From positions 3,936,001 through 4,000,000 of the forward strand of contig OY970296.1 in assembly GCA_963716175.1 (NCBI GenBank): a DNA stretch of 64,000 nucleotides. Reading direction: 5' to 3'. This DNA is from an uncultured Armatimonadetes bacterium. GTDB taxonomy: Bacteria; Armatimonadota; Hebobacteria; Hebobacterales; Hebobacteraceae. Both the position numbers and the translations under genes were made by a program. Of this stretch, positions 38,194-47,351 are shown piece by piece (the first letter of the stretch is position 1; each line of letters opens with the position of its first letter). The notes under the pieces are model-generated. The model was not told where the DNA came from. It saw only the letters and a list, made by a program, of their open reading frames with translations, and made no database searches.

Positions 38194-39516
38194 ATGGCTC
38201 CCCGCATCCGCATCATCACCCTCGGCTGCAAGGTCAACCAGTGCGACGGCGACGAGATGGGCCGGTCGCTCGCCGCGGCGGGGTTTGATCTTCTGCCTAG
38301 CGGCCAGGCCGATCTCTACATCGTCAACACCTGCACCGTGACCGCGACCGCGGACGCCAAGGCGCGCAAGCTCATCCGCAAGCTCGCAAGAGAGCATCCA
38401 GGAGCGAAGCTGGTGGTGACCGGCTGCGGGGCGGCGCGGGATGCCGAGGCGGTCGGGATGCCCGGCCTGGTCGTAGTTCCGAACGCGCGGAAGGCGGAGA
38501 TCGCCGAGTTGGTAGCGCGGGCAGCAGTCGCCGGGCATGCGGAGATGGCTAGGCCGCCTGAGGCGACCGCCACCGCGGCTGACGGCCTAGCCGCATGCCC
38601 GCCCTACAGCACGGCCCGTACGCGCGCTTTCCTGAAGATCCAGGACGGCTGCGATCATCGCTGCGCCTATTGCGCGGTGCCCGACGCGCGGGGCCGGCCG
38701 GTGAGCAAGCCCCTGCCGGAGGTGCTGGCGGAGCTGCGGCGCCTTGCTGAGGGTGGCGCGCAGGAGGTGGTGCTGTGCGGCATTCGCCTCGGCGCCTACG
38801 GGAGAGAAGGGGGCGGCGCCCCCGGCCTGGCGGACCTGCTGCGAGCCGCCCGCGAGATCGCGGTCCCCCGGCTGCGCCTGAGCTCGGTGGAGCCCATGGA
38901 TCTCGACGGCGATCTCCTGGCGGAGATGGCGGGCCATCCGCGCCTCTGCCATCACCTCCATCTGCCACTGCAGTCCGGGGATGACGCGGTCCTGGCGGAG
39001 ATGGGCCGCGGCTACACGACCACCGATTATGCTCGCCTCGTGGACCGGATTCGCGGGGCCTGGCCGGAGGCCGCGATCACGACGGACGTGATGGCTGGGT
39101 TTCCAGGTGAGACTGAAATGCAGTTTCAGAGCACAGTTGACTTCGCGCAGGAGATCGGGTTCTCCCGCGTGCACGTTTTCCCCTACTCACCGCGGCCTGG
39201 CGCCCCCGCGGCTCAGCGGCGCGATCAAACGCCTGCAGCAGTGAGGCGGCAGCGCGCAGAACGGCTGCTGATGATCGGCGCGCAACTGGCGCAGCGGGCC
39301 GCCACCTCCTGGGTGGGGCGCGAGGTGAGAGTGCTGTTCGAGGAGCGCGATCCAGGGGGTGCACTCACGGGTCTGACCGACCAGTATCTGCGGGTGCGGT
39401 GCCACGGGCCGAGCGCATGGCTGGGCCGCATAGTGCCGGCGGAGGCGAAGACGGCGCTGGCAGGGGAGCTGATGGTGGTCGCGAACCAGCATCTGTCGCA
39501 GGGCAGCAGGAGGTAG
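38194..39516 (+). CDS. mtaB: tRNA t6A37 methylthiotransferase (MiaB/MtaB family)
   Basis: TLGCKVNQ, VNTCTVT, KIQDGCDHRCAYC, HLPLQSG, HVFPYSPRPG. Confidence 0.9.
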   Translation: MAPRIRIITLGCKVNQCDGDEMGRSLAAAGFDLLPSGQADLYIVNTCTVTATADAKARKLIRKLAREHPGAKLVVTGCGAARDAEAVGMPGLVVVPNARKAEIAELVARAAVAGHAEMARPPEATATAADGLAACPPYSTARTRAFLKIQDGCDHRCAYCAVPDARGRPVSKPLPEVLAELRRLAEGGAQEVVLCGIRLGAYGREGGGAPGLADLLRAAREIAVPRLRLSSVEPMDLDGDLLAEMAGHPRLCHHLHLPLQSGDDAVLAEMGRGYTTTDYARLVDRIRGAWPEAAITTDVMAGFPGETEMQFQSTVDFAQEIGFSRVHVFPYSPRPGAPAAQRRDQTPAAVRRQRAERLLMIGAQLAQRAATSWVGREVRVLFEERDPGGALTGLTDQYLRVRCHGPSAWLGRIVPAEAKTALAGELMVVANQHLSQGSRR

Positions 39517-39541
39517 CTTGCAGGCCACGAAGTCAACGAGC

Positions 39542-39832
39542 ATGGAGACCTTGGTCGTGATCTACGATGAGGCCTTCCAGGCCGAAATCAGCGCGGTGGT
39601 CGAGCGCGGCATGGTGGTGCCGCGCTACACCCGCATAGACGACGTGATCGGGGCGCGCATGGCGGAGCGAGAGGCGCAGTCAGGCTATCTGGCCGACCGC
39701 CGCAATCGCATCATCCTGGTGGTGGCCGAGCCGCCGACCATCGCTCGTATGCTGAGCGATCTGCGCGCGCTTCGCAACCAGAAGCGGCGCGGCATTCGCG
39801 CATTCGTGGTCCCCGTGTCTGAGGTGGTCTGA
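39542..39832 (+). CDS. Small PII-like (GlnB-fold) hypothetical protein
   Basis: About 96 aa, YTRIDDVIG and GIRAFVVPVSEVV pattern. Confidence 0.5.
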   Translation: METLVVIYDEAFQAEISAVVERGMVVPRYTRIDDVIGARMAEREAQSGYLADRRNRIILVVAEPPTIARMLSDLRALRNQKRRGIRAFVVPVSEVV

Positions 39833-39838
39833 CCGGCG

Positions 39839-41455
39839 ATGGCTACGCCCCGCCGCCCCTCACCCTCCGCTTCGCCTCGTTGGTTCCCGCTGTGCGCCGC
39901 GATCTTCTTCGCTGCCCTCATTCTCCGGCTGGGATATGCGCTGGCCCAGCCAGTCTGGACCTCGGCTGACTCCGGCTACTACGTGATGGTGGCGCGGAAC
40001 CTGTACCGCGGCCGCGGCTTCATCAGCGACTACATCTGGAACTACCTGGCAGGCCTCCCCGCGGGACTTCCCGCTCCCAGCAATGAATACTGGATGCCCG
40101 GCCAATCGGTGGTGATTGCGGCGGCCTTCGCGGTGGCGCGCTCCACCGCGCTGCGCGTGGCCCAGGTGCCCTCGCTGGTTTTCAGCGCACTGCTCTGTGC
40201 CATCACCGCCTGGATGGCAGGTCTTCTCTCCCGCCGGCGCGATGTCGCCCTGCTGGCAGGGGTGATGGCTGCAGTCTCTTTCCACCTGGCTGGGACTGCG
40301 CTCTACCCCGACCATTTCGGCCTCGCCGCCTGCCTGGCCAACCTCAGCCTGCTCGCGCTCTGGGCGGCCTGGCGGGGCTCGCCAACGCTTGCCCTGGTGG
40401 CAGGAGGGGTAGCTGGGCTGGCCTACCTGACGCGGAACGATGGCGCTCTGCTAGGGGTAGTGGCCCTGTTCCTGGCCTTCGATGTCTGGCGCAAGCGCGG
40501 CCTGCGTCCGGCGGCCGGGTACGCGCTGTGCTTCGGCGGCGCCTTCGCGCTGATCGCGGCCCCCTGGTGGGTGCGCCAGGTCGCAGTCTTCGGGCACCTG
40601 GCAGGCGCGGGGGCCCTGCGCACGGCCTACCTCACGAGCTATAACGACCTCTTCCGGCTCGACCAATCTCACCTGGATCTGAGCCATTATCTACAGACCA
40701 GCCAGACCTTCGCGGCCATGTTCAAGGGCTATGTTCTGTTCACAGAGCTGCGGCTGCTGGCGAAGGTCGTGGGTGTGGCCGGGCTGCTGGCGCTAGTGGC
40801 CCTGCGAAGAGCGGAACTGCGGCGGGAGGCGACGCCGTGGCTGGTCTACCTCGGCCTGGGACTGCTGGCTCCCGCCTTCATCGTCCCCTACCCGACTGTC
40901 AAGGGAGGTTTCTGGCATCTGATGCCAGGTCTGTGCCCGATCCTGTTCGGCCTGGGGGCAGCGGAAGCGGTTCGCATCTTCGAGTGGGGCAGACAGCAGA
41001 AGCGATCACTCCTGAAAGCGGCGGCCTGGTCCCCCGCAGTCCTGAGTCTGGCCTGGCTCCTCGCCTGGTGGGCGGCGCTGCCACAGGAGGTGGCGCGGGG
41101 GGCCTCGCCCAGCTACCCGCTGGCGGCGCGAGAGGCGGCGCGCGCCCTCCAACCACCGCTCCACGCCGCCCTCACTGACGACTGCTGGGGCCTGTACGAG
41201 GTTGCCCGAGTACCGTGCGCGCAGTTCCCTTCCGACGGCGCAGGAGCTGCGCTGCGGGTGGCCGAGGCCATCGGAGCCAACTACCTGATCACCAGAGCCG
41301 ACGCCCCGAAGCGCCTGCCGGCCATCACTGAGGTTGTCGGGCACCCCAGGTTCAGGCCCGCTGCGCGCTATCCCACCCCGGAAGGCGCAGTGTTGGTCTA
41401 CCGGATTGAGCCGCCATCGCCCTCCTCTGACAGCCGGCGCAGGATGTCCCAGTAG
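39839..41455 (+). CDS. GT-C fold glycosyltransferase-like membrane protein
   Basis: ADSGYYVMVARNLYRGRGF, YWMPG, GLAYLTRNDG, APWWVRQ; many TMs. Confidence 0.8.
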   Translation: MATPRRPSPSASPRWFPLCAAIFFAALILRLGYALAQPVWTSADSGYYVMVARNLYRGRGFISDYIWNYLAGLPAGLPAPSNEYWMPGQSVVIAAAFAVARSTALRVAQVPSLVFSALLCAITAWMAGLLSRRRDVALLAGVMAAVSFHLAGTALYPDHFGLAACLANLSLLALWAAWRGSPTLALVAGGVAGLAYLTRNDGALLGVVALFLAFDVWRKRGLRPAAGYALCFGGAFALIAAPWWVRQVAVFGHLAGAGALRTAYLTSYNDLFRLDQSHLDLSHYLQTSQTFAAMFKGYVLFTELRLLAKVVGVAGLLALVALRRAELRREATPWLVYLGLGLLAPAFIVPYPTVKGGFWHLMPGLCPILFGLGAAEAVRIFEWGRQQKRSLLKAAAWSPAVLSLAWLLAWWAALPQEVARGASPSYPLAAREAARALQPPLHAALTDDCWGLYEVARVPCAQFPSDGAGAALRVAEAIGANYLITRADAPKRLPAITEVVGHPRFRPAARYPTPEGAVLVYRIEPPSPSSDSRRRMSQ

Positions 41456-42852
41456 GCGCCGCGGTACCCGCGCTTGATCGCCTCCACCAACCGCTCGTTA
41501 TCGCTGTAGTTATAGGCCTCAGTTCCCGCTTCTGCGGTGGGGAAGAAGAAGCGCTGATCGCCGCCCACCAGACCCCCGACATATGCGGCCGGGCTATCGC
41601 CGAGCGCAGATGAAAGGTAGAAGACGGGCGCGAGGAAGTCTTCGTTCTCCTCCACCGCACCCCGGAGATTCGGGTTGCTGCCCATGGGGCCCTGGCGGCG
41701 CACCCGTTCGCTCAGCGAGGTCCCATGGTAGATGCGCACGCCAAGTGAGACCCCGGCGCGGGAGGGCGAGAGGCGTTTCACCAGGTCAACGGTGGTCGCT
41801 ATGCTCTCCCGCGTTTCTCCCGGGCCCCCCAGCAGCAGGTCATACATGAAGACCAGGCCGGCCTGCCGGCAGGCGTCCGCGGTCTCCCAGAGATCGGCGG
41901 CGCGGAAGTCCCGGCCCAGCGCGGCCAGCATGCGATCATCTCCGCTGTCGGCCCCGAAGTTGACGCCCACGCAGCCCGCGCGCCGCATCTGGAGCGCCAG
42001 ATCGGGCGAGAAGTCGCCCGGCTTCGCGTAGGTATACCAGCAGGCCCGCTCACCTATGCCCCGCTGCACCAGCTCTTCGCACACCGCCAGCGCGTGGTCC
42101 GCAGGCACGTTGAACTCGCTATCGCAGAGATGGAAGTGGTCAACACCCTGGCCGAGTAGAACCTCGAACTCGTCGGCCACTTGCTTCGGGCTGCGTGGGC
42201 GCACGCGCACTCCCTTCCCCAGAGGATCGGCACAGTAGACGCAGGCGCGGTCGCAGCCGCGCTTGGTCTCGATCCCGGCCTGTCCGCCTTCAGCGAAGTA
42301 GCGCCGGTTGTCCAGCAGCACACGCGTCCGGGTGGGAAGGTCCTCCAGAGAGCCGGCCCAGGGAGCATTCGAGCGCAGCGTGCTGCCATCACGCCAGACC
42401 AGCCCGGGTACTGCGGAGAGGTCGTCCTCCCTGGTGAGCGCGTCGGCGAGCGTGGCCAAGGGTACTTCGCCGTCTCCGGCAATGCCGTAATCGGCCCCCA
42501 CGGCCGCATGAATGGCCGCGGGCGCAACTGAGTAGCCGCTGCCGCCCACTACGATCGGAACCGAGCTGTGGCGGCGGATGGCGGCGATGATCTGGGCGAA
42601 GCCCGGCAGGAAGTTATCCGCGCTGGCCAGGAAGCAGTCATCGGTGTTGCGCAGCGTCACCGCCACCAGCGCGGGCTCTCGCTGCGCCAAGGCCTGGGCG
42701 ATCGCTGCCTGGGGATCGGGCTCGAAGCAGAGGTCGAGCAGGCCCACCTCGAATCCGCGCCCCAGGAGCACGTCCGCCATGTAATCCAGGGCCAGTGGCG
42801 CCACCGCCGGGCGCAAGCGATTGGGGTTCACCAGGAGCACCTCGGGCTTCAC
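41398..42852 (-). CDS. B12-binding radical SAM protein
   Basis: N-terminal B12-binding domain (PLALDY, LRNTDD, VGGSGYS); ETKRGCDRACVYC; LLGGPGET. Confidence 0.92.
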   Translation of the reverse strand: MKPEVLLVNPNRLRPAVAPLALDYMADVLLGRGFEVGLLDLCFEPDPQAAIAQALAQREPALVAVTLRNTDDCFLASADNFLPGFAQIIAAIRRHSSVPIVVGGSGYSVAPAAIHAAVGADYGIAGDGEVPLATLADALTREDDLSAVPGLVWRDGSTLRSNAPWAGSLEDLPTRTRVLLDNRRYFAEGGQAGIETKRGCDRACVYCADPLGKGVRVRPRSPKQVADEFEVLLGQGVDHFHLCDSEFNVPADHALAVCEELVQRGIGERACWYTYAKPGDFSPDLALQMRRAGCVGVNFGADSGDDRMLAALGRDFRAADLWETADACRQAGLVFMYDLLLGGPGETRESIATTVDLVKRLSPSRAGVSLGVRIYHGTSLSERVRRQGPMGSNPNLRGAVEENEDFLAPVFYLSSALGDSPAAYVGGLVGGDQRFFFPTAEAGTEAYNYSDNERLVEAIKRGYRGAYWDILRRLSEEGDGGSIR

Positions 42853-43146
42853 TCAGCCCTCCTCTGCGCACAGTAGGCCGCCCACCGACAACACAGCCCG
42901 TCCCACCCAGGGAATCCAGTCGCGCCCGCCGCTCCTTCCGATGGCGGCAAAGCTGTCATCATCTCGCCACAAAAGATTCACGCAAATTGCCCACCGGCCC
43001 TGGAACCTTTCGGCCTCCACAGCGTCTAATGCTGTAGAGTCGGAACGGGCAGGGCTGAGGGATCCAAACAACTAGATAGTGAGAGATGCGTTTCCCTGTT
43101 CGCTCCGCAATGACCTTGCCGCCCTCCCTCCTACGCCAGGGGGAAC

Positions 43147-43183
43147 TGGTGCCCCGGGGCAACCCGCCGTCCCCGGGGCACCA
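43147..43183. other. 13-bp GC-rich hairpin in the leader of the EEP-family gene
   Basis: TGGTGCCCCGGGG-11 nt-CCCCGGGGCACCA. Confidence 0.45.
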
Positions 43184-43219
43184 CCACATGGGGCCGCGGT
43201 TCGATAGGAGACGAGAGCC

Positions 43220-43978
43220 ATGAAGCTGAGCGCCCGGGTAGGCATCATCGCGTGCTGCGCGCTGCTGCTGCCTGCGTTCGCCGCCATCGGGGCCACCTCG
43301 CGCGTGCGCGCCGTCAGCTACACCCTGCCGGAAGACGCAATCGCGAGCCAGGAGCTGAGAGCGCTTCTGCTCTATCTCCAGCCCAACATACTGGCCCTCC
43401 ACGACGTGCCGGCCGCGGCCGCCGCCGGGAGCCAGAGCCAACTGGCCGCTCTCGCTGGGTCATTAGGAATGTACTATGCCTACCAGCCCGCCACCTCCCG
43501 GCGTGACCCCGGCTGCGCCTTGCTGTCAAGATACCCCGTTCAGAAGGTCTCTCCCCTGCCGCGGTCAGGCAATCAGTCGGTGACAGGGATGAGCGTCCAG
43601 GTCCGGGTTGGCATGGCGAGCCTGCAGGTTGCAGTGGTGCGCCCGAACTCCGACTCGGCGCGGAAGGCAGCGGTGGAAATCGTCTCCCGCTTGGTCAAGC
43701 AAGAGCCGAAGCAGCATCTGCTGTTGATGGCCTCCTTCGACCCTGGGGTAGTGATGGACACAGTCAAGGGCTGGGGGCAGGCCGGCCTTCAAGACGCGGC
43801 TGTGGCACTCAAGGACGCCCAAGCGACATTCCCTGCGGATCGGCCCACCCAACGCCTGGATTTCGTCTTGGTTTCGGCCAACTTGCGGCCCAGCCTGAAA
43901 GAGATGCGCGTGGTGCGAAACCGGGCGGCGCGCGCTCTGGGGGGACACCTGCCGGTAGAGCTCACTTTCGTGTACTGA
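43220..43978 (+). CDS. Secreted endonuclease/exonuclease/phosphatase-fold protein with degenerate active site
   Basis: Signal peptide, ALLSRYP, ATFP..RLDFVLVS, GHLPV. Confidence 0.78.
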   Translation: MKLSARVGIIACCALLLPAFAAIGATSRVRAVSYTLPEDAIASQELRALLLYLQPNILALHDVPAAAAAGSQSQLAALAGSLGMYYAYQPATSRRDPGCALLSRYPVQKVSPLPRSGNQSVTGMSVQVRVGMASLQVAVVRPNSDSARKAAVEIVSRLVKQEPKQHLLLMASFDPGVVMDTVKGWGQAGLQDAAVALKDAQATFPADRPTQRLDFVLVSANLRPSLKEMRVVRNRAARALGGHLPVELTFVY

Positions 43979-44311
43979 CCACCCGGGGATCGCGAGCTGC
44001 GCCCCGGAGACAGCGACCACATGGCTTGCCTACCGTGGTTACAATCCGGATGCGACCATCTGGCCTTGCCCTGGATTTGTGGAATAAGGGCCTGTGCGGC
44101 CGCGAGCAGTGGGCTGTCTCGGATGGTCGTATCAGCTTTCGCAGGGGGCTCCCGACCGTCTCCGAGACAGCCCGCTGCTCTTCGCGTCTGTACCGGAGGC
44201 CCGCCATCCGGCGCTACCGGCTGAGGTGATGATACCGCCTTCTGCAGGCTCTGGCAGCGTGTTGGCGCGGTAGCGGACGAATCCCGAGAGGCGGCGAGAG
44301 AGCACCCGGCC

Positions 44312-44340
44312 TTGACCGAACCCTGGGATTGTGGTAAGAA
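44312..44340 (+). promoter_or_regulatory. Possible promoter
   Basis: TTGACC-17 bp-TAAGAA with extended TG. Confidence 0.35.
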
Positions 44341-44521
44341 GACGGCCGTTGTAGGGGCGAGGGTGGCCCTCACTGTTCTAGCTAGACTATCACTGTTTCC
44401 AGCCTAGCATCGCAGCAGCACTCCCACGGCAGTGACCACGCAGGAGCACCTGGTCCGGCCATGACAGCAGCCGGAAACCAAGGTCGGCGAACGCGCGCGT
44501 CGGCCGGTCTGGAGCCTAGCT

Positions 44522-45334
44522 GTGATGCGAACCTACTCGCTAGCACCAGTGGTGGCGGCAGCGTCTCTGCTGCTCGCGGTCGGCCTGGGAGTGCGGCCGC
44601 CCGCAGCCGCGCCAACTTCGGCCGTGACGGTGCTGGTTGACGGCAAGACGCTTTCGCTGCCCACCTCCGCCGCCACCGTGGCGGGTGTTCTTGCAGAGGT
44701 CGGGATCTCCCTGCATCCGCTGGACCGCACCGCGCCTGCGCCCGACAGGCCGGTTGCCGACGGCATGGAGGTGCGCGTCACCCGGGTAACCCGCCACCAT
44801 CACACCGAGGAGGTGACGGTGCCGGCGCCGAGCCTGGTGTTGGGCGATCCGGAACTCCCCGCGGGCTTCACCCAGGTGCTCGAACACGGGCGCGACGGCC
44901 GCGTGCGGCGCGTGGTGCGGATCTGGGAGAAGGATGGGCAGGCGACCAGACGTGAGGTGATCGAGGAGCGAGTGCTGACTGCGGCGCGGGAGACGGTCGT
45001 GCTGCGCGGCACCCAAGGCCTGCCCAGCCGGGGAGGCGACTGGCGCCGGCCCCTCCGGATGCACGCCACCGCCTATGACCCCGGCCCGCGGAGCTGCGGC
45101 AAGTACGCCTCCGGCTACACCGCGATCGGGCTGAAGGCGGAGAAAGGCGTGGTAGCGGTGGACGATCGCGTGATCCCGATGGGGACCCGCCTCTATATCC
45201 CCGGGTACGGCTTCGCCGTCGCTGGGGATCGGGGAAGCGCGATCAAAGGCCACCGGATTGATCTCTGTTTCGCCACCTACACAGAAGCGCGGCAGTGGGG
45301 GCGGCGACCGGTCAAGGTCTACCTGCTCGACTAA
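44522..45334 (+). CDS. DUF348-G5-3D domain cell wall protein (YabE-like)
   Basis: TVAGVLAEVGI, GRDG G5 segment, MHATAY..VAVDDRVIPMGT..DRGSAIKGHRIDL 3D domain. Confidence 0.9.
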   Translation: MMRTYSLAPVVAAASLLLAVGLGVRPPAAAPTSAVTVLVDGKTLSLPTSAATVAGVLAEVGISLHPLDRTAPAPDRPVADGMEVRVTRVTRHHHTEEVTVPAPSLVLGDPELPAGFTQVLEHGRDGRVRRVVRIWEKDGQATRREVIEERVLTAARETVVLRGTQGLPSRGGDWRRPLRMHATAYDPGPRSCGKYASGYTAIGLKAEKGVVAVDDRVIPMGTRLYIPGYGFAVAGDRGSAIKGHRIDLCFATYTEARQWGRRPVKVYLLD

Positions 45335-45354
45335 GAGCCTGTCTGCGACATCCG

Positions 45355-45424
45355 GTAGGGCAGGTCCGCGACCTGCCCAGGCGGTCATGGGCTTGTCCGC
45401 CTCCGGCGGGTATGCCCGCCCTAC
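45355..45424. repeat. REP doublet (REPIN-like) between convergent genes
   Basis: GTAGGGCAGGTCCGCGACCTGCCC and inverted GGCGGGTATGCCCGCCCTAC. Confidence 0.75.
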
Positions 45425-45448
45425 AGCTACGGTTACGGTCCCCGAGGC

Positions 45449-45889
45449 TCAGATCTTGAACTCGATCACGGCCGAGATGCCCACGCCTTTCGCCCGCTCC
45501 GGGGTGCCGGCCGCTTTCTCAACATAGGTCGGGATGAAGATGCGGGGTCGGAAGCTGCCGATGCGGCCCTCTACCTGGAACACCGCCTTCACCCGCCTCA
45601 CGCTCTCGGGGCTCCCCACGACTTGGGCGGCGCCGATGTAGCCGCCTCCTCCCAGGGAGAGGATGGGCACCACCTTGGTCGCGCCCACGGCGGCGGCGCC
45701 GCGCTCCCCCAGCGCGCTGGTGACAAAGTGGTCTATCTTGCCGCCGTACTGGCTGACCAGGAAGCCGATGCCCAGCACCTTGACGATGTTGCCGAGATCG
45801 AGCGCCCAGGCCGCGGTCCCAGCCACCGAGAGACAGAGCAGGACGACGAGCAAGAGCGAAGCTGTGCGGGATCTGTCAATTCTCATCAC
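45449..45889 (-). CDS. Secreted hypothetical protein
   Basis: Signal peptide; TKVVPILSLGGGGYIGAAQVVG; strong RBS. Confidence 0.8.
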   Translation of the reverse strand: MMRIDRSRTASLLLVVLLCLSVAGTAAWALDLGNIVKVLGIGFLVSQYGGKIDHFVTSALGERGAAAVGATKVVPILSLGGGGYIGAAQVVGSPESVRRVKAVFQVEGRIGSFRPRIFIPTYVEKAAGTPERAKGVGISAVIEFKI

Positions 45890-45905
45890 TCTCCTCCCCT
45901 TCCCC

Positions 45906-46400
45906 TCAGAACTTGACCAGCCGGATATCGCCGGTGGCCCATACGCTCACCCCCTGGACGCGATCCAGCTTGGTCAGGCTGATGGTGGAAACCGGGATGT
46001 AGGCATAGATGCGGGCGAGATTCTGGAAGTTGAGTCGCAGCTCGGCCACGCCTTTGACCTTCGCCACCTGGGCCGGCGGCCCCGCGATCTGGGCCGCGCC
46101 CACGTAGACGCCGCCGCTCTCCAGGCTGAAGATCGGCACCCACTTCTGAGCCGTGCCCGTCCAGTCCACCTCGTCTGCCGCCGCGGGCTTCGCATCCCCG
46201 GCGGCTGGTGGGGCCTCGGCAGCAGTCTCCTCTACATAGCTGGACACGGAGGTCGCCAGCTCGCTCAACAGGCTGCTCTCGATCTGAGCCGGCGCGGGCC
46301 GCTTGCCCATGCCGGCCGCGGCCGAGAACGCGGCCGCCGCCGCGAGCAGGGCCAGGAGAATGGCGACCATGACAACCGGCAGCTTCACGCGTTGCCTCAT
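45906..46400 (-). CDS. Secreted hypothetical protein, paralog of the adjacent gene
   Basis: Signal peptide; QKWVPIFSLESGGVYVGAAQIAG; AAGGAG RBS before ATG 46400. Confidence 0.75.
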   Translation of the reverse strand: MRQRVKLPVVMVAILLALLAAAAAFSAAAGMGKRPAPAQIESSLLSELATSVSSYVEETAAEAPPAAGDAKPAAADEVDWTGTAQKWVPIFSLESGGVYVGAAQIAGPPAQVAKVKGVAELRLNFQNLARIYAYIPVSTISLTKLDRVQGVSVWATGDIRLVKF

Positions 46401-46636
46401 CTGGTCAGGCTCCTTGTCTCTGAGTTGGGCACCATTATACCTGACTGGCGAGGAAGCACAAAGCGCGAAGCCAACAAGCGTCAGCGCGTGTGTTGCCCTT
46501 GTGCCATCGCGCGCACGCAGCGGCGCGGTGGCTAGGCCGGCCGGGCCGACCGGCACCCCGGCCCGGCTTGGGCGGGCCTAGGGGCAGGGAGCCAGCATCC
46601 GGGAGGGGAATCCCACCGACAGGAAGGCACCCGACA

Positions 46637-47323
46637 GTGGCCCCGCGCGATCCATTCTCTGGTCTGACGCGAGCGACCTTGCCCGAGTATCAGTGCCAGC
46701 TTCTGCGTCCAGGCCGTGGCAGCCGGCCGGACCTGCTGCTGATTGAGGACCACGGGCAGCGCGCGGTGGTGAAGGACTATCGAGAGAGCGGTTGGTTGAT
46801 GCGTTCCCTGGTCGGGCCGTGGCTGATCGGCCGCGAGGAGCGCACCTACCGCCTGCTGGAGGGCACCCCCGGAGTGCCACGCCTGTGGGGCCGGCTGGAT
46901 CGCTGGGCCCTCATGGTAGAGCACATCGAGGGCCGCAACTGCGCGGACTTCGCCGACGGGGAGCTGCCGGCCGGGTTTTTCGATCAGCTCAGGGTGGTGG
47001 TGGAGGCGATGCACGCGCGGGGCGTGGTGCACTGCGACATCAAGAACCGGGCCAACATCGTGGTGACCGATGGGGGGCAGCCCTATGTGCTGGATTTCGC
47101 CTCCGCCTTCACCCGCGGAAGCCGGCTCAACCCGCTGCGCGCATTCGTGTTCGAGCGCTTCCGCCTCGACGACTTGCGCGGCGTGATGAAGGCCAGGCTG
47201 CTGGTGGGCCAGCTCTGGAACCAGCCTGATGCCGACTTCGCCTTCCGCCGCGGGCCGCTGGAGCGCGCAGTGCGAGCGGCGCGGAACCTCGCCCGCGCCG
47301 CCTTCAAGCTGATGGCGCGATGA
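46637..47323 (+). CDS. Small protein-kinase-like enzyme (RIO/Kdo-like)
   Basis: AVVKDY, LMVEHIEG, VVHCDIKNRANI, VLDFASA; start uncertain. Confidence 0.8.
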   Translation: MAPRDPFSGLTRATLPEYQCQLLRPGRGSRPDLLLIEDHGQRAVVKDYRESGWLMRSLVGPWLIGREERTYRLLEGTPGVPRLWGRLDRWALMVEHIEGRNCADFADGELPAGFFDQLRVVVEAMHARGVVHCDIKNRANIVVTDGGQPYVLDFASAFTRGSRLNPLRAFVFERFRLDDLRGVMKARLLVGQLWNQPDADFAFRRGPLERAVRAARNLARAAFKLMAR

Positions 47324-47351
47324 CGGCCCGTCGGTGGGACGGGAGGAGAGG

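Noticed and set aside
41398-41455. Convergent 3' overlaps here and at 54907-54967 as antisense regulation
   Set aside because: Short tail overlaps are common where stop codons are rare in GC-rich DNA.
41398-42852. B12 radical SAM as evidence of ladderane-type lipid synthesis
   Set aside because: The family is widespread and no fatty-acid synthesis genes are adjacent.
42853-43219. Possible c-di-GMP riboswitch in the divergent intergenic region
   Set aside because: GGCAAA and CGCAAA words are present but I could not build the required stems.
43980-44520. Long leader before the 3D-domain gene as a c-di-AMP riboswitch
   Set aside because: Only a GAATCC..AGG fragment; the other conserved blocks are missing and it lies upstream of the likely promoter. 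An Rfam scan would settle it.
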